NCBI GenBank assembly: GCA_964016885.1
Contig: OZ024741.1
Location: forward strand, 131,688,001-131,752,000
Length of the DNA stretch: 64,000 nt
Origin: Eledone cirrhosa
Taxonomy: Eukaryota
Direction of reading: 5' to 3'
Part shown: positions 28,213-43,689 of the stretch, piece after piece
Layout: each line of letters begins with the position of its first letter
How positions within the stretch are numbered: the first letter of the stretch is position 1
Position numbers and translations under genes: made by a program
Notes under the pieces: model-generated
Database searches by the model: none
What the model was told of the DNA's origin: nothing
The model's input: the letters and a program-made list of their open reading frames with translations, nothing else

Positions 28213-28645
28213 GTGCGTAATGGACTCGCTCACCGAAAATGACAGTATTCTACAGACATGTGTACTATTAACGCGATTTCTTAATCGGAATCAACTTGAC
28301 ACACTGTGGCAAGACAAAAACCATCTTACGAGCTTCCGTACAATTTCAGACTACCCAATTTTTCCCAGACAGTACTCTGTGACAGCGAAGCGAAATCTCA
28401 CTTTGATAAAAAAAATTTAAAAAAGTGAAAATTGATGGTCATTCGTCGGTTTCACGACTGGTGCACTAGCTGTGTAATAGGACAGCCTGCTCGTGAAATT
28501 AACATGTAAATAGATGAATATACTTCCCTGACAGTTATAGCCTTAACGTAATTCTTGTAAAAACCCAACGTGCGACTAGACTATTTAACAAGCTTCCAAA
28601 CAGTTTCGGAGGTGGCCGCCTGTATATATACACACACGCACATAT

Positions 28646-28688
<43 letters not shown>

Positions 28689-29120
28689 TATATATATATA
28701 TATATATATTGGGTCGTCAAGTATGAAATTTGTAGAAAAAACATATGACTATATGCCTGACTACAAATTTCATACTGGACCATATATATATACACACGCA
28801 TTGTAATGAAGTTTCAGAGTAATTTTGATTGCCGAAGGCACTGAACTATTTCTGCAACACCCTGCTCTCCTGTGCACTTTCATCACCACCAGCAACACAA
28901 CAACCATAAGCACAAGAGCAACATCATAAAAAAAAGCAACAGCAAAAAATAATAAGAATACAAGTGGAAAATTTATTCATAATTAGGTTAGCAATTAACC
29001 TTAATTAAAGCATTGTGTGTAGGTGAAAGGGTTAGGTGTGCGTATGTGTGTATGTTTGTACATTTGTATATGGTTATGCCACCCTGCTTATGTGCCAGTG
29101 ATATATATAAATGTATATAC

Positions 29121-29161
<41 letters not shown>

Positions 29162-30544
29162 GCCTGTATTTGTGTGTTTATATGTGCGTATCGTATCATC
29201 GTCATTTAAAATCTGTTTTCCTTATTAGCAAAGGTTGGAGAGTTCGTAACACGAGAAGTCCGTACTTAATCGGACCTACTGAGCTGTATATAGCTTAGAT
29301 ACGTTTAAGCTCTTTATAGAGGGCGTTCGTTTCTTTTGTATGATAACACAAGCTCTAAGGACATGTCGTGATGTGAGGTACTTGAAGAGTTTCCTAAGCC
29401 ATTGGTTTCTAATAGCTGGATGTGTGCAGAAATGGAAGTCGTACACATACTCCAACGTATTTAGATTCTTGATGTGAAATCGTATTTGGACGTATATCGT
29501 GGAAATCTGGGAGAGTCATTAAAACACATGCACTTTATGTTTCATGCTGTTTTAATTAATATCGCATAATAAATTTCCTTTATTCATTTGAGAAAAAATT
29601 AAATATTTGGTTTGTGAAACATATTTCACTAGCGTATTCCTGATAGATTCACTTTGTTTTGCTTTGCAATGACCCCTTACTCCATGCGAGTTTCCAAAAA
29701 TATAGTATTGTTTTTTTTTATTTTATTCTTAACAATGTAGTATTATATATACATAATTGAATAAAAGTATATATATATGTGTAAAAGTTCAGGTGAATAA
29801 ATTTATATTACCAGTAAAGTTTCAAGCCCTCTTGTGAATCCATTACTTAGGTGCAGAAACATTTGTAAAACACATACAATTCATTCTTACGAGATCAATA
29901 AATCTCTTTTTTTTAAATAGAATACTGAAATTAAATTAATAGGGTGGATGAAATCACGTAGAATTTATTTTGCGTTTTCTTATACAATATTGATAGCATA
30001 TTCATTTCGATGAATACACGTGAATATGTTTACAGAGTAAATAGAGATATGGAAAATGATTTCAATTTTAGCTGTAATATCGAACAGAGCTGAGATTAAT
30101 GTCAGGGGAATCAACAATTCAGCGGTGGTAATAAACAACAGATATATTATAACGGTTTATGTTAAAACCAATAATACTTGATTTGAGATGCATAGCGATA
30201 GTGAAAGTCCTTATAGATATAAACATATCAGTGGAGAAAATCTCCCCAACAATAGAAGCACTTTAACAACAGCAGTAATCACCACTACAATTAGTAAATG
30301 TGGTATTTAAAACTAGGAATATCTTGAAACATAAATCGATGGTTCTCCGAAAATGTATTGTTGCAAACAAAATATATAAATATATAAAACACATGTATTA
30401 AGTTACATTATATAGATATAGATAGCTATAATTAATCGCTAAGAAGAACGGATAAAATAACCCTAGAGAAGTAAAAGAAAGTAGTAGTGCTTCCATCATT
30501 TATAAGATATGTTTACATCTAAATCTTGAGAATAGTCCTTAGTC

Positions 30545-30615
30545 GCCCCTTAGTTTAATGGTAAAAGCACTCGGCCGGAATTAGTGAGATAACGAGTTCA
30601 ATTATCTGTAGCCGT
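30545..30615 (+). other. Degenerate tRNA-like SINE head or tRNA pseudogene
   Basis: tagtttaatggtaaaagcac (A box/D arm) ... gagttcaatt (B box); acceptor stem does not close. Confidence 0.4.
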
Positions 30616-31440
30616 TGCTCATCGCTTCTTTAAGTATGTAAGGTATACGGCACGATTTTCGTTTGAACGCCCACTTTTCAATGCCGGCATGTATGGGGGT
30701 TGGGGAGTTTCGAGACAATGTCTCAAAGCCCTCTGTGACGCTAAAACTTTTATTTACTTCTTACGACACGGGAGAAAAACGGCATATGTATGTATATATA
30801 TATATGCATGCGTATGTGTGTGTGTGTGAATTGTGTATACCTAATGATATACGGTATATATATATATTTATATTATCATAACAATATTCAAGATGAATAA
30901 ATATTTAAACAAGAAATCTAAGTAAATGATATGTCTCTGAATACAAAGTAGACAATTTCAATTATATATATATATATATATATGTGTGTGTATATATATA
31001 TATGCATGTATGTGTGTGTGAACGTATATGAATATGGTGGTTATGGTACACAATGGGACCACCCGCTTGCATTCCATTGTCTCAGGGAGGTGTTATATAA
31101 TTGAAAACTAGATATCCGTTTAAATTAACGAGATACAAATTGGGTAGTCAATGTACATCCACCCTGTATACACAGGAAGTATAGTTTGTTGATATTAATG
31201 CCTATAGCTACGGGGAACGTTTTACATGGGAACAGAAACCTCATCATACGCAACCCCATTCACACGTTCAGACCTTTCCTTATATACACACACAGAGACA
31301 CTCAGACGCACAGACACACACATACATATGTATATATTTATATATGTGTGTGTGTATTTGTGTGGTCGTGTGTCTGTATATGTGTGTATATGTGTCTGTA
31401 TGTGTGTGTATGTGCGTGTGTGTGTGTGTGTGTATGTGTG

Positions 31441-31514
<74 letters not shown>

Positions 31515-31666
31515 GGGATTCCCCAGAAGGGGTGAAGAGAAAAGAGCGCTCTATGTTATCAACAGGGCTGAAATATCTACTCACCTGATGAAAAAGTATT
31601 CTATAATAAATCATTATGGTTAATACAAGGGCATGTTTTGAAACCTAAGGTAGCAGACATTAATAT

Positions 31667-31727
<61 letters not shown>

Positions 31728-31753
31728 TACATATATATATAGGAACCAGTAAG

Positions 31754-31847
31754 ACCCCGACGGCTGAGCTCAAGCCGTTTCGACGGCTAATTCTGGACTA
31801 AATGAAAATTTATCCTGGTATATAAATAGCCGAGCTTCTCAATGGGT
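31754..31847 (-). ncRNA. Hammerhead ribozyme variant with U3-A8 core and long stem II
   Basis: Minus strand: accca-TTGAGAA-gctcggcta...tagccgtc-GAAACggct(tgagctc)agccGTC-ggggt. Confidence 0.68.
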
Positions 31848-32215
31848 AATTCCATATATGGTCAAAGTGATTGTCACAAGGATTGGTCACAAGTTAGTAG
31901 TAATTCTGTGATGGCAAATTAGTGGGGGAGAGGGTGGCTAAACCTGCCAGTAGGAGAAAAAGGGGAGGGGGTGGAGTAGACCCAATCATGCGTTGGTAGT
32001 GCCGGCTACAGCTGGGCATGAGGTCAAAGAAGATACTAGGGAGGGGAGGGAGAGGAAGTCGAAACGGTAAGTAGAACAATGAAGGGTAAATATATATATA
32101 TATATATATGAAAAAAAATACTGAGAGTGATAAAAAGCGAATAAATGTAAAGAAAAAATATAAGCAATTTCTACGACCTAAGTCTCTAGCTATTGCTAGG
32201 CTAGATAAATAAATA

Positions 32216-32251
<36 letters not shown>

Positions 32252-32793
32252 AATATATATATAAAAATAATACCAAAACAAACGGCACAGTACATGAAAG
32301 AAATATATTAGTTTAGCACTTTTACATTTTACTACTCGCTTTGTACAACCCCCCCCCCCCCACACACACATACGCAATTCATATTTTATTATCGGTCACT
32401 GTGCGAGTTTCACGCTTAGTGATCTTTCCGGTCGTAGTTGAATTGTAGTTGAATCAATTTACACATACACATACATACATATAAATACACACACACACAT
32501 GCATACATATAAATATATATACACACACACACACATTCTATAACAGCATACTAATTGTTATCTTTCTCATTTGGTTATAAATGTAGCAGAATCTTAATGT
32601 GTTTGTATACGCATCCTAACATTACATGTATATGCATCCTAACATTACACACTGCCACATATATATTATATATGTTTATGTGTGTACGTTTCTGTACATA
32701 TATGTGAGTATGTATCTATTTAGATACAGACACACTCCTTTATATTTGTGTGTGTGTATCTGTGTGTGTGTACGCGTATATATATATATATGT

Positions 32794-33086
32794 CACTCCA
32801 GGTAGAGCCACTACTTCTCCGAATTGAGAGATCACAACTCCGATATCATTGGCATGTGGTTAGAATGACTCAGGAAAGAATCGCTGGAAGAGTTTTACGG
32901 GCGAAACCAACTGCCCAGGTGTAAACTCCGAACATGATAATTGGAGAACACCTATGAGGTTGCCTGGTCACGCTTGGCGATCCAGCCAGATCAGTTGGAG
33001 ACGGTTGCTTCAGACAGGACTCGCTGCAGGGAGTATTTGAGGACTCTTCCTCCACGCCTCTCTCAGGAATAAAAGGGCGAAGAAGA

Positions 33087-33089
<3 letters not shown>
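32794..33089 (+). mobile_element. RTE-clade LINE (Rex3/Expander-like) 3' end
   Basis: From 32796: LQVEPLLLRIERSQLRYHWHVVRMTQERIAGRVLRAKPT; ends aataaaagggc(gaa)n; flanked by (TA)n. Confidence 0.8.
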
Positions 33090-33153
<64 letters not shown>

Positions 33154-33404
33154 AAGAATATTTTCGAAACAGCGAACGGGTTTGAAATTATTAGGAACGT
33201 ATGCTATCGTCGTATTTTGACTAAAGAAATTAAAGAAATTATTTAGCCTGATAGTGGGGCTAAGAACCCTCGGAGAAATGGAAAAAGATGAGTATTGACG
33301 TATATATATATATATATATATATTCTATTCTATTCTAAGGCGGGTAAAATCCCCGAGATCCATGGACGAGTTCTCTCCAGCGGTCTCTGTCCCTCATTAT
33401 CGCT

Positions 33405-33662
<258 letters not shown>

Positions 33663-33983
33663 GCATTTATGCTCTGGATCCACATGTATGCTCTGAACTA
33701 AAATGTAGCTTATATTGTTTTATTATTAAAGGCTGTTTATTTAATATTAATGTTGCTGTTGTTGTTGTTGCTGCAGAAAGTGTTAACTACCGTTGCAGAT
33801 GTTATTACAGCTGTTAAAATTCTATTTCAAATGTATTGCCAGTTATTCTATTTAACAATAGGAAGTACACACATATCTGTAGATGTGCATACGTTCATGT
33901 ATGTATATACATATGTATGTACGCATTTATATATACATATATATATAGAATACACAAGTATCAAAGTTATGTTTAAAACATTT

Positions 33984-34035
33984 AATCGCTGACAATTGTT
34001 TCTTCCAAACTTAGGCTTGGAATCCTCGGAGCATT
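33984..34035 (-). ncRNA. Hammerhead ribozyme, C4 variant (CCGAGGA)
   Basis: aatgct-CCGAGGA-ttccaa(gcctaagt)ttggaa-GAAAC(aatt)GTC-agcgatt. Confidence 0.7.
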
Positions 34036-35458
34036 ATCAATGTTTGTACATATAATTAACCTCCTATTCAACTGAAGAATCATACAGATACATATATATT
34101 GATGTTGTGGACAACAGTTTCATGTTTACAGTGTGGAATGGATGCGACATATATTATATTATACGAGAGTTGTACAATAATTCAAATTAAGATTAAAATT
34201 AAAATTAAAATTAAAATATAATACAATTTATATAAACTTTAAATATTAAAGTAACAATGAATTATATATACATTTATAATTAAATGTATAAATTAATAAC
34301 ATTGTATATAAAGGATTAATTTATTAACATAAGGGATTTATCTAACTTAAATGTAATATGGAACAAGGAATTATTTATACATTTATAATTAGATGTATAA
34401 GTTAATAACATTGTATATAAAGGATTAATTTATTTACTCAAGAGATGTATCTAGTTTATCATGCAAACAGCTATACGTTATTCCATATCTTACCAAATAT
34501 TGGGTAGACAACAATCTAATGAAACCTTTAATATATTATGAGAGAGCAGACTGTATTTAAAATTAAATATAAATATATAACTTTTTATATAAGGGATTCA
34601 ATTGAGGCACTATATAATGTCTATTAGAGCAAGAAATGTAATTATTATAATGAGCTAGTTACCTCCCCTTACGTATTAGCTCCCCTTAATTCCATATCCA
34701 CTTCCGGATATTAAACCGTTGAAAATGCCTGCAGTTAAACAACTCTAATCCATAAATATGGATTAAATAACACTAAGTTACAATACATTACAATCCATTA
34801 CTATAACAAACATTCAATACAAATATATCTTAACTTATGTAATGGATGTGAAATCTGTAACTTTCATATTCTACACACATACAAATTTGAACTACACAGA
34901 AAATATCCTCGCATTGCAACCACGATAATACACTAACATATTCGCTTAAAGTGCTTGTATTTTATGTAATACCTTGCCATACAGTACTCATATATGCATG
35001 AAACATTTGCTTGTTCCATTCATTTATATATGACTAACGCATGTAGTATCTCTCTAATTTAATTATTAGACTATTCTCTTATATTCTCTGTATTATCTGA
35101 CGTATGTATTCCACCCTATGCTTTTAATTTTGATTTTAATTTTAATTTTAATTTTAATTTTAATTTTTATTTTTATTTTTATTTTTATTTTTATTTTTAT
35201 TTTTATTTTTATTTTTATTTTTATTTTTATTTTTATTTTTATTTTTATTTTTATTTTTATTTTTATTTTTATTTTAATTTTTATTTTTATTTTTATTTTA
35301 ATCTTAATTTGAATTATTGTACAATTATCGTATAATATAATATGTGTCGCATCCATTCCACACTGTAAACATGAAACTGTTGTCCACAACATCAATATAT
35401 ATGTATCTGTAGGATTCTTCAGTTGAATAGGAGGTTAATTATATGTACAAACATGGAT

Positions 35459-35510
35459 AATGCTCCGAGGATGCCAAGCCTAAGTTTGGAAGAAACAATT
35501 GTCAGCGATT
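35459..35510 (+). ncRNA. Hammerhead ribozyme, C4 variant (CCGAGGA)
   Basis: aatgct-CCGAGGA-tgccaagcctaagtttggaa-GAAAC(aatt)GTC-agcgatt; palindromic stem III ACAATTGT. Confidence 0.7.
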
Positions 35511-35949
35511 AAATGTTTTAAACATAACTTTGATACTTGTGTATTCTATATAACTGCTCTGTAAAACAACTGATGTTCTTACATTGAGCTATTTCTCTTA
35601 CTGGTAATAAGGTAGTAATAAATTACTGACCTTCCCTGTTTATAGTTGTTTATAGTATAGTATATACATTCATAACTATAAATAGTATCTTTAATATTAT
35701 ATATATATATACATACTGGCGTATTTGTTTAAATTTAAATACATAATTGTATAAATGCATACATATGTATATTTGCAATCATAAATATATATATATTGAT
35801 GTGAATGAGTGAAAATATAAATACAGTTGTGTATATACGTGTTCATATATATATATTTATATCAATATATATATATATACATGCGTATATGCATACATAC
35901 ATACATACATACATACATACATACATACATACATACATACATACATACA

Positions 35950-35980
<31 letters not shown>

Positions 35981-36119
35981 GTGTGAGCAACAAAGGGCAA
36001 ATAAAATAACGAAAACAATGGCCTTATTTTAACGATTAAATAAATATATCAAAAACATGTTTGTCTGCCTGTATGTATGTAAGAGTGTGTGTGAAGTATG
36101 AATATATAATCACACACAC

Positions 36120-36176
<57 letters not shown>

Positions 36177-36329
36177 AAGATTAGAAAAATATATTTTATA
36201 TATTTATAATATATTGTTTTTTCTGTTAATGTTTGAATGGCGTTATATAAAATTATACATTACACTCACACTTATATATATTTATGTCCAAACACGGAAC
36301 AAAAGCAGTACGCAATGTTTCATGGTCCA

Positions 36330-36388
<59 letters not shown>

Positions 36389-36436
36389 ATATCCCTTCCA
36401 TATACTGTACCGATTGTGTTGTTATTTCTGTTTAAC

Positions 36437-36531
<95 letters not shown>

Positions 36532-36707
36532 CATTTATATATATATATTTATAAAGTTTCGTTGACAAGAATATCAATGTGCCCAGACACGCATATATAT
36601 TGCCCATGGTATGACAGTGTGGTTTTAGCTCAATGTAGAATAACTGGTATACTACAGAGCCGTTATATGTTTAGGAATAACCAAAGAGTGCTTAGGAATA
36701 CATTGAT

Positions 36708-36765
36708 TTATTAGCTAACAGCGGTTTCATCCATACCCTATGGCAGGAATCATCAGAGCCTATAA
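36708..36765 (-). ncRNA. Type I hammerhead ribozyme
   Basis: ttataggct-CTGATGA-ttcctgccatagggtatggat-GAAAC(cgct)GTT-agctaataa. Confidence 0.78.
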
Positions 36766-36903
36766 ACAAGAGTATATCGAGTATATCAATAGTTGCATGT
36801 TCCATCAAACTTATATATTTATATATATATATATATATTTATATATATAAATATATAAGTTTGATGGAACATGTAACTATTGATATACTCGATATACTCT
36901 TGT

Positions 36904-36960
36904 TTATAGGCTCTGATGATTCCTGCCATAGGGTATGGATGAAACACTGTTAGCTAATAA
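36904..36960 (+). ncRNA. Type I hammerhead ribozyme
   Basis: ttataggct-CTGATGA-ttcctgccatagggtatggat-GAAAC(act)GTT-agctaataa. Confidence 0.78.
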
Positions 36961-37205
36961 ATCAATGTATTCCTAAGCACTCTTTGGTTATTCCTAAACA
37001 TATAACGGCTCTGTAGTATACCAGTTATCTTACATTGAGCTAAAACCACACTGTCATACCAAGGGCAATATATATGCGTGTCTGGGCACATTGATATTCT
37101 TGTCAACGAAACTATATAAATATATATATATATAAATATATATATAAATGTATTTATTTATATATATATATATTTATATATATATATAAATAAATATATA
37201 TATAT

Positions 37206-37282
<77 letters not shown>

Positions 37283-37482
37283 TATATTATATATATATAT
37301 TTATATAAATATATATATTTATATATATATATATTTAAATAAATATATATATATATATAATATAAATATAATATATATATATATATACCTAGACAACGGA
37401 GCGTATGAGCAAATAAAAATTGCATGAGTACGTAGGCGTTCTTTGATTTCTTTTACATATAAATGTGTATGTATATATATAC

Positions 37483-38723
<1,241 letters not shown>

Positions 38724-38744
38724 TCAGAGAGAGAGAGAGGGGGG

Positions 38745-38828
<84 letters not shown>

Positions 38829-38889
38829 CAATCCTAATCATGTCTGCTTTCAAACCTTTACCAATCGGGCAATGTTATAAGTGTAAAGG

Positions 38890-39265
38890 TGATGAAAATA
38901 TATGATGACCTTTTCGAGGAAATCTTGGGTGTCGACGAGAATATTTCCGCCCGGAAACTATGGATAATTTCTAGAAATATCTGGCTTTGCTGTGCTATTC
39001 TACAAGCATGGAAGTGTTGCCAGACGGACGATAAAACTGTTCTTCATGCACTTGTTCGATGGTCGTGTATTTCTGACTTGTAGATTGTGTCGAAAACTGG
39101 TGTCCTCTGTAGGACGGATTCGGCTATCGATTTTGTCTATCGTGAAGACCGCTCTACTGCACTCCTTTAATAGGATAGGGCGAGCAGTTTTCTTATATAT
39201 GTTGGCTCTCATTGACTTCGTCATGTCTTATTGGGAAGGAAAGGAAGTGTTCAAACGAATCTGCT
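38890..39265 (+). mobile_element. Tx1/L1-like LINE ORF2 C-terminal relic
   Basis: DKTVLHALV...VGRIRLSILSIVKTA...SFNRIGRAVFL resembles the 43902-44210 minus peptide (DETALY...WLSAESIVKIGPPPSYNRDGQTVFL). Confidence 0.6.
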
Positions 39266-39274
39266 AAATCGGTC

Positions 39275-39373
<99 letters not shown>

Positions 39374-39378
39374 ATATA

Positions 39379-39486
39379 TATTAGCCTAACAAAAACTTAA
39401 GCAAACAATTTCTGCTTCCATCCTAAAGCGGCATCTTTAGAGTGAAAGCAAAAATTGTTTGCTTAAACTTTTTATCTAAGCTAATA
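39379..39486. repeat. ~108-bp fold-back next to a TA/TG microsatellite
   Basis: ttaagcaaacaatttctgcttcca.tcctaaag(cggcat)ctttag.agtgaaagcaaaaattgtttgcttaa. Confidence 0.65.
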
Positions 39487-39703
39487 ATAAATATTTGCTG
39501 TACGGGTTTATAAATACATGTATATCTATATACAACTGTTACCGAGATCTCTTTCTATTTATAATTACTACGACTATATACAGAGAGAGAGAGAGAGAGA
39601 GATGGATAGATAGATAGATAGATAGATAGGTAAACACACACACAAATACACACACGCACACACACGCACGTTCACACACACACACACACACACACACCCA
39701 CAC

Positions 39704-39737
<34 letters not shown>

Positions 39738-40512
39738 ATCAACAGGTATGTCTTGTTTACCGATCTAGGAAAGAAACATATTTCCTACATAGTCAGACGG
39801 TCTAAAACATACAATGGGAAAGGGGAAAGGTGTACAATCAATTGAATCGATTCTCATGCGTTGAGTGTTATATATTTAGTTGACTGTGGTAAAATAAAAA
39901 CGTAAAGTCACACCCGGCATTATTTCAACTCACACCTTAGATGACGACGTAGATGCTTAATAAAAATAGAAGGCGGTAGATGTGAGGAAGGGATAAAATG
40001 AAAGGGATCAGGAAAGTGGCAGAGACAATGAAACTATCAATAGAAGAAATATAGAAATATATTATTGAGAGATGAAGTGAGGCACGAATGGGGTGAGGAA
40101 AAAAGACAAATATTGAGACATAGATGAATATGGAGTCACATAGGAATACAGTGAGAGATAAACAGAGGGAAAGAGACGGGTAAGAAAGATATAGAGTGAG
40201 AATGAGAGGGGGGGGGGGGGCAGAATAATCCAAGAAGACAAAGATATACGAGATAGAAGAGAAAGAGAGAGTGATTGAGGGAGAGAGAGAGAGAGATTAA
40301 AAGAAGCACTGTATGAAAGGGAGTGGAGTGATAGGCATTCTACGTGATATGAAGACAGCTAGGCAGATAAAGTATTACTGCAATAGAGATGGTACACAGA
40401 TGAAAAGATATAGTCAGAAAACAGATGGAAAGGACATCTAGGGTGACAGACAGCTAGATATTGAGATACCTAGATATTGAGGAGGGGTAGATATATAGAT
40501 AGCTAGCTAGCT

Positions 40513-40604
<92 letters not shown>

Positions 40605-41827
40605 TTAAACAGATTGATAGATATGTGGATGGATAGATAGATAATAGTTAGATAGTAAAATAGATATATATAGAGAGAATGAGAGAGAAAGAGAGAAAAA
40701 GAGAGATAGAGAAAGAGTTGACAGCCATATTATAACACTCAATAATGTTGATCTGTAATCAATCACCATTAACGCAGAAAATGTTCACCCACACCCCTGT
40801 CAAAATGGCGCCCATTTAGTTTATTGTTACATATAAAAACACCGTTGACACAACGTTGTTTTTATCACTATACTACATCAGGTATCTCTAATGCTACTGC
40901 TGTTGTTGTTGTTGATGTTATTGTTCCTAGTATTGTGGTGGTGGTAGTGGTGGTGGGGTAGTGGTACTGATGGTGATAGTATGAGTATAATGTAATGTGG
41001 TTATTTGATGGTGTAGTAGCTTGCTGTGGTTATTATTATTTATGCTACTCCTGTTGTTGTTCTTCCTAGTATTGTGGTAGTGTTGGTGTTAGTAGTGTTG
41101 GGGTTGGTAGTGGTGGTGGTGTTTATGCTGGTGGTGGTTGTGATGTTGGTGTTAGTGGTTTTAGTGTTGTTGTTGTGTGTGTGGTGATAGTGTTGGTGTT
41201 AGTGGTGTTGGCGTTGGTAGTGGTGGTAGTGTTTGTGGTGGTGGTGTTTATGGTGGTGATTGTGATGTTGGTGTTAATGGTGTTGGTGTTGGTAGTGGTA
41301 GGGGTAGTGGTAGTGGTGGTGGTGTTTATGCTGGTGGTGGTTGTGATGTTGCTGTTAGTGGTTTTGGTGCTGTTGTTGTTGGTGGTGGTGATGGTTGTGG
41401 TGGTGTTAGAGGTGTTGGTGTTGATTGTGGTAGTGTTTGTGGTGGTGGTGTTTATGGTGGTGGTGATTGTAGTTTTGGTGTTATTGTTGTTGTTGGTGGT
41501 GGTGGTGGTGTGGTGGTGATAGGCGTTGGTATTGGTAGTGGTGGTAGTTTGTGTTGGTTGCGGTGGTGGTGGTGGTTGTGATGTTGGTGTTAGTGGTGTG
41601 GTGGTGATAGGTTTTGGTAGTGGTGGTGGTGGTTTGTGGTATAGAGTGAGTGACGTCTCATCTTGTGGTCGTTTAGTGATGCTGTGTTGTGTTGTAATAT
41701 CTGATCCAGCCTTAACCAACCAGTCTTTTCCTAAGTATCGGACTTCCAGTGAGATTTAGGGAGATTACTATTCCTAGTATGTGATGTGAAGGCGATATAT
41801 TATTATTATTATTATTATTATTAGTAT

Positions 41828-41889
<62 letters not shown>

Positions 41890-41916
41890 GTAGTAGTAGC
41901 AGCAGCAGCAGTAATA

Positions 41917-42009
<93 letters not shown>

Positions 42010-42428
42010 CAGCAGCAGCAGTAATATAGTAGTAGTAGCAATAGTAGCAGTAGTAGTAGTAGTAGTATTAGTAGTAGTAGTAGTAGTAGTAGTAATAGTA
42101 GTATGTGCCAGTAGGAATATTTATGTGATCTCCTGTACATTTTACTTAATGGACACAATGTGTCAACTGTTAGAAATATGGCTGCCACTTAATATACTAA
42201 TGGCTATCGCGGTATTGTTGTTGTTGTTGGTGGTGACGGTGATGCTATTGTTCTTGCTGTTGTAGTTGTTGGTGGTGGTGGTGGTGGTGATGGTATTGTT
42301 GTTGTTGTTGGTGGTGATGGTATTGTTGTTGTTGGTGGTGGTGGTAGAGGTGATGGTATTGTTGTTGTTGTTGTTGGTGATGGTGTTGTTGTTGGTGTTG
42401 TTGGTGACGGTGATGGTATTGTTCTTGC

Positions 42429-42459
<31 letters not shown>

Positions 42460-43107
42460 GGTGATGGTATTGTTGTTGTTGGTGGTGGTGGTGGTGATGG
42501 TATTGTTGTTGTTGTTGGTGGTGATGGTATTGTTGTTGTTGTTGGTGGTGGTGGTAGAGGTGATGGTATTGTTGTTGTTGTTGGTGGTGGTGGTGGTGGT
42601 GATGGTATTGTTGTTGTTGTTGCCGCTGCTGCTGTAGCGTTGGTGTTGTTTTGTTTGAAGCAGCAGCGGCCTCTGTGTTGTGGTACGCGTTTAATACGAG
42701 CAGCACCAATAGCAATAACAACAACAACTGTAACAAATAACAACAATAACAACAACAATAACAACAATAACAACAAGAACAACAATAACAGTAAGAGTAA
42801 CTAACAGATAACTTCAGTGCTTTAGCAGCAACAGCAGTAACAAACAACAGCATTACAGATAATAGTCTACAAACAGCAACACATACAACAGCAACAGCAG
42901 CAACAACAATAGCAGTGATAATAGTAATACCTGAAATAACAACAACACATCAAAACAAGTCGGCAGCCCTGACAACACTTACTATAGCAATAACAACAAT
43001 AAAAACCCCAACAACACTAACAACAGACTGCAAGATAAGAGTGACAACAACAGTAACACTAACAACAGTAACAGCAATGACAACAACAGAAACACCGACC
43101 ACAGTAA

Positions 43108-43290
43108 TAATTGATTCTACTTTTGGCACAAGGCCAGCAATTATAACAGTGCATTACTGGTACTTTATTTTATCGACGCCGTAAGGATGAAGGGCGAAGT
43201 TAACCTCGGCGGGATTTGAACTCAAAACATAAAGGGCCGTAACTCTATACTGCAAAGCATGGCGTCCGAACCTCTACCGATACTGCCAAA
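43108..43290 (-). mobile_element. SINE family A copy
   Basis: Family A consensus in reverse orientation. Confidence 0.85.
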
Positions 43291-43689
43291 ACATCATCAA
43301 CACCAACAAAACAGACAGCAACACTAACAACATCAGCAACATGAACACCAACACTATCAGCAAAAACAATAAAAGCAACAACAGCAACAAGAACTACAAC
43401 AACACCGATAACAAGAACTACAACATCAACAACAGCAGCAACAACACCAACAATAAAACCGACAATAACAACAATAGACTGCAACTCGGCACCACATAAA
43501 ATTATTTAATCAGGACAAGTCAGAATGTGGTAGCAATGTAATGTGAGGTTTAACAATCTAAACATTAATGTTTGGTTGTGTGGATAGAATATAATAGTAC
43601 ACGGAGGCCTACTGACTACATAATATAGGTAGTTGGTGGAGTCAGGGCCGAGCTGGAGCTACACATTGAGGTGACAATAAAATGTTACC

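Larger units (their letters stand above)
33942..35552. mobile_element. 1.6-kb ORF-less element with ~270-bp terminal inverted repeats, each containing a hammerhead
   Basis: 33942-34218 is the near-exact reverse complement of ~35280-35552; AT-rich spacer contains a ~95-bp internal duplication and (TTTTTA)n. Confidence 0.85.
36520..37160. mobile_element. Fold-back element with ~300-bp arms, (TA)n centre and flanks, one hammerhead per arm
   Basis: aaagtttcgttgacaagaatatc...ccatcaaactt (36553-36812) is reverse-complemented at 36857-37113 with few mismatches. Confidence 0.9.

Noticed and set aside
30545-30615. Functional tRNA gene
   Set aside because: Acceptor and T stems do not close; consistent with a SINE head
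41123-43484. Poly-T/V/Q/H/Y ORFs
   Set aside because: Translations of (GGT/GTT/TAG/CAA)n trinucleotide repeats
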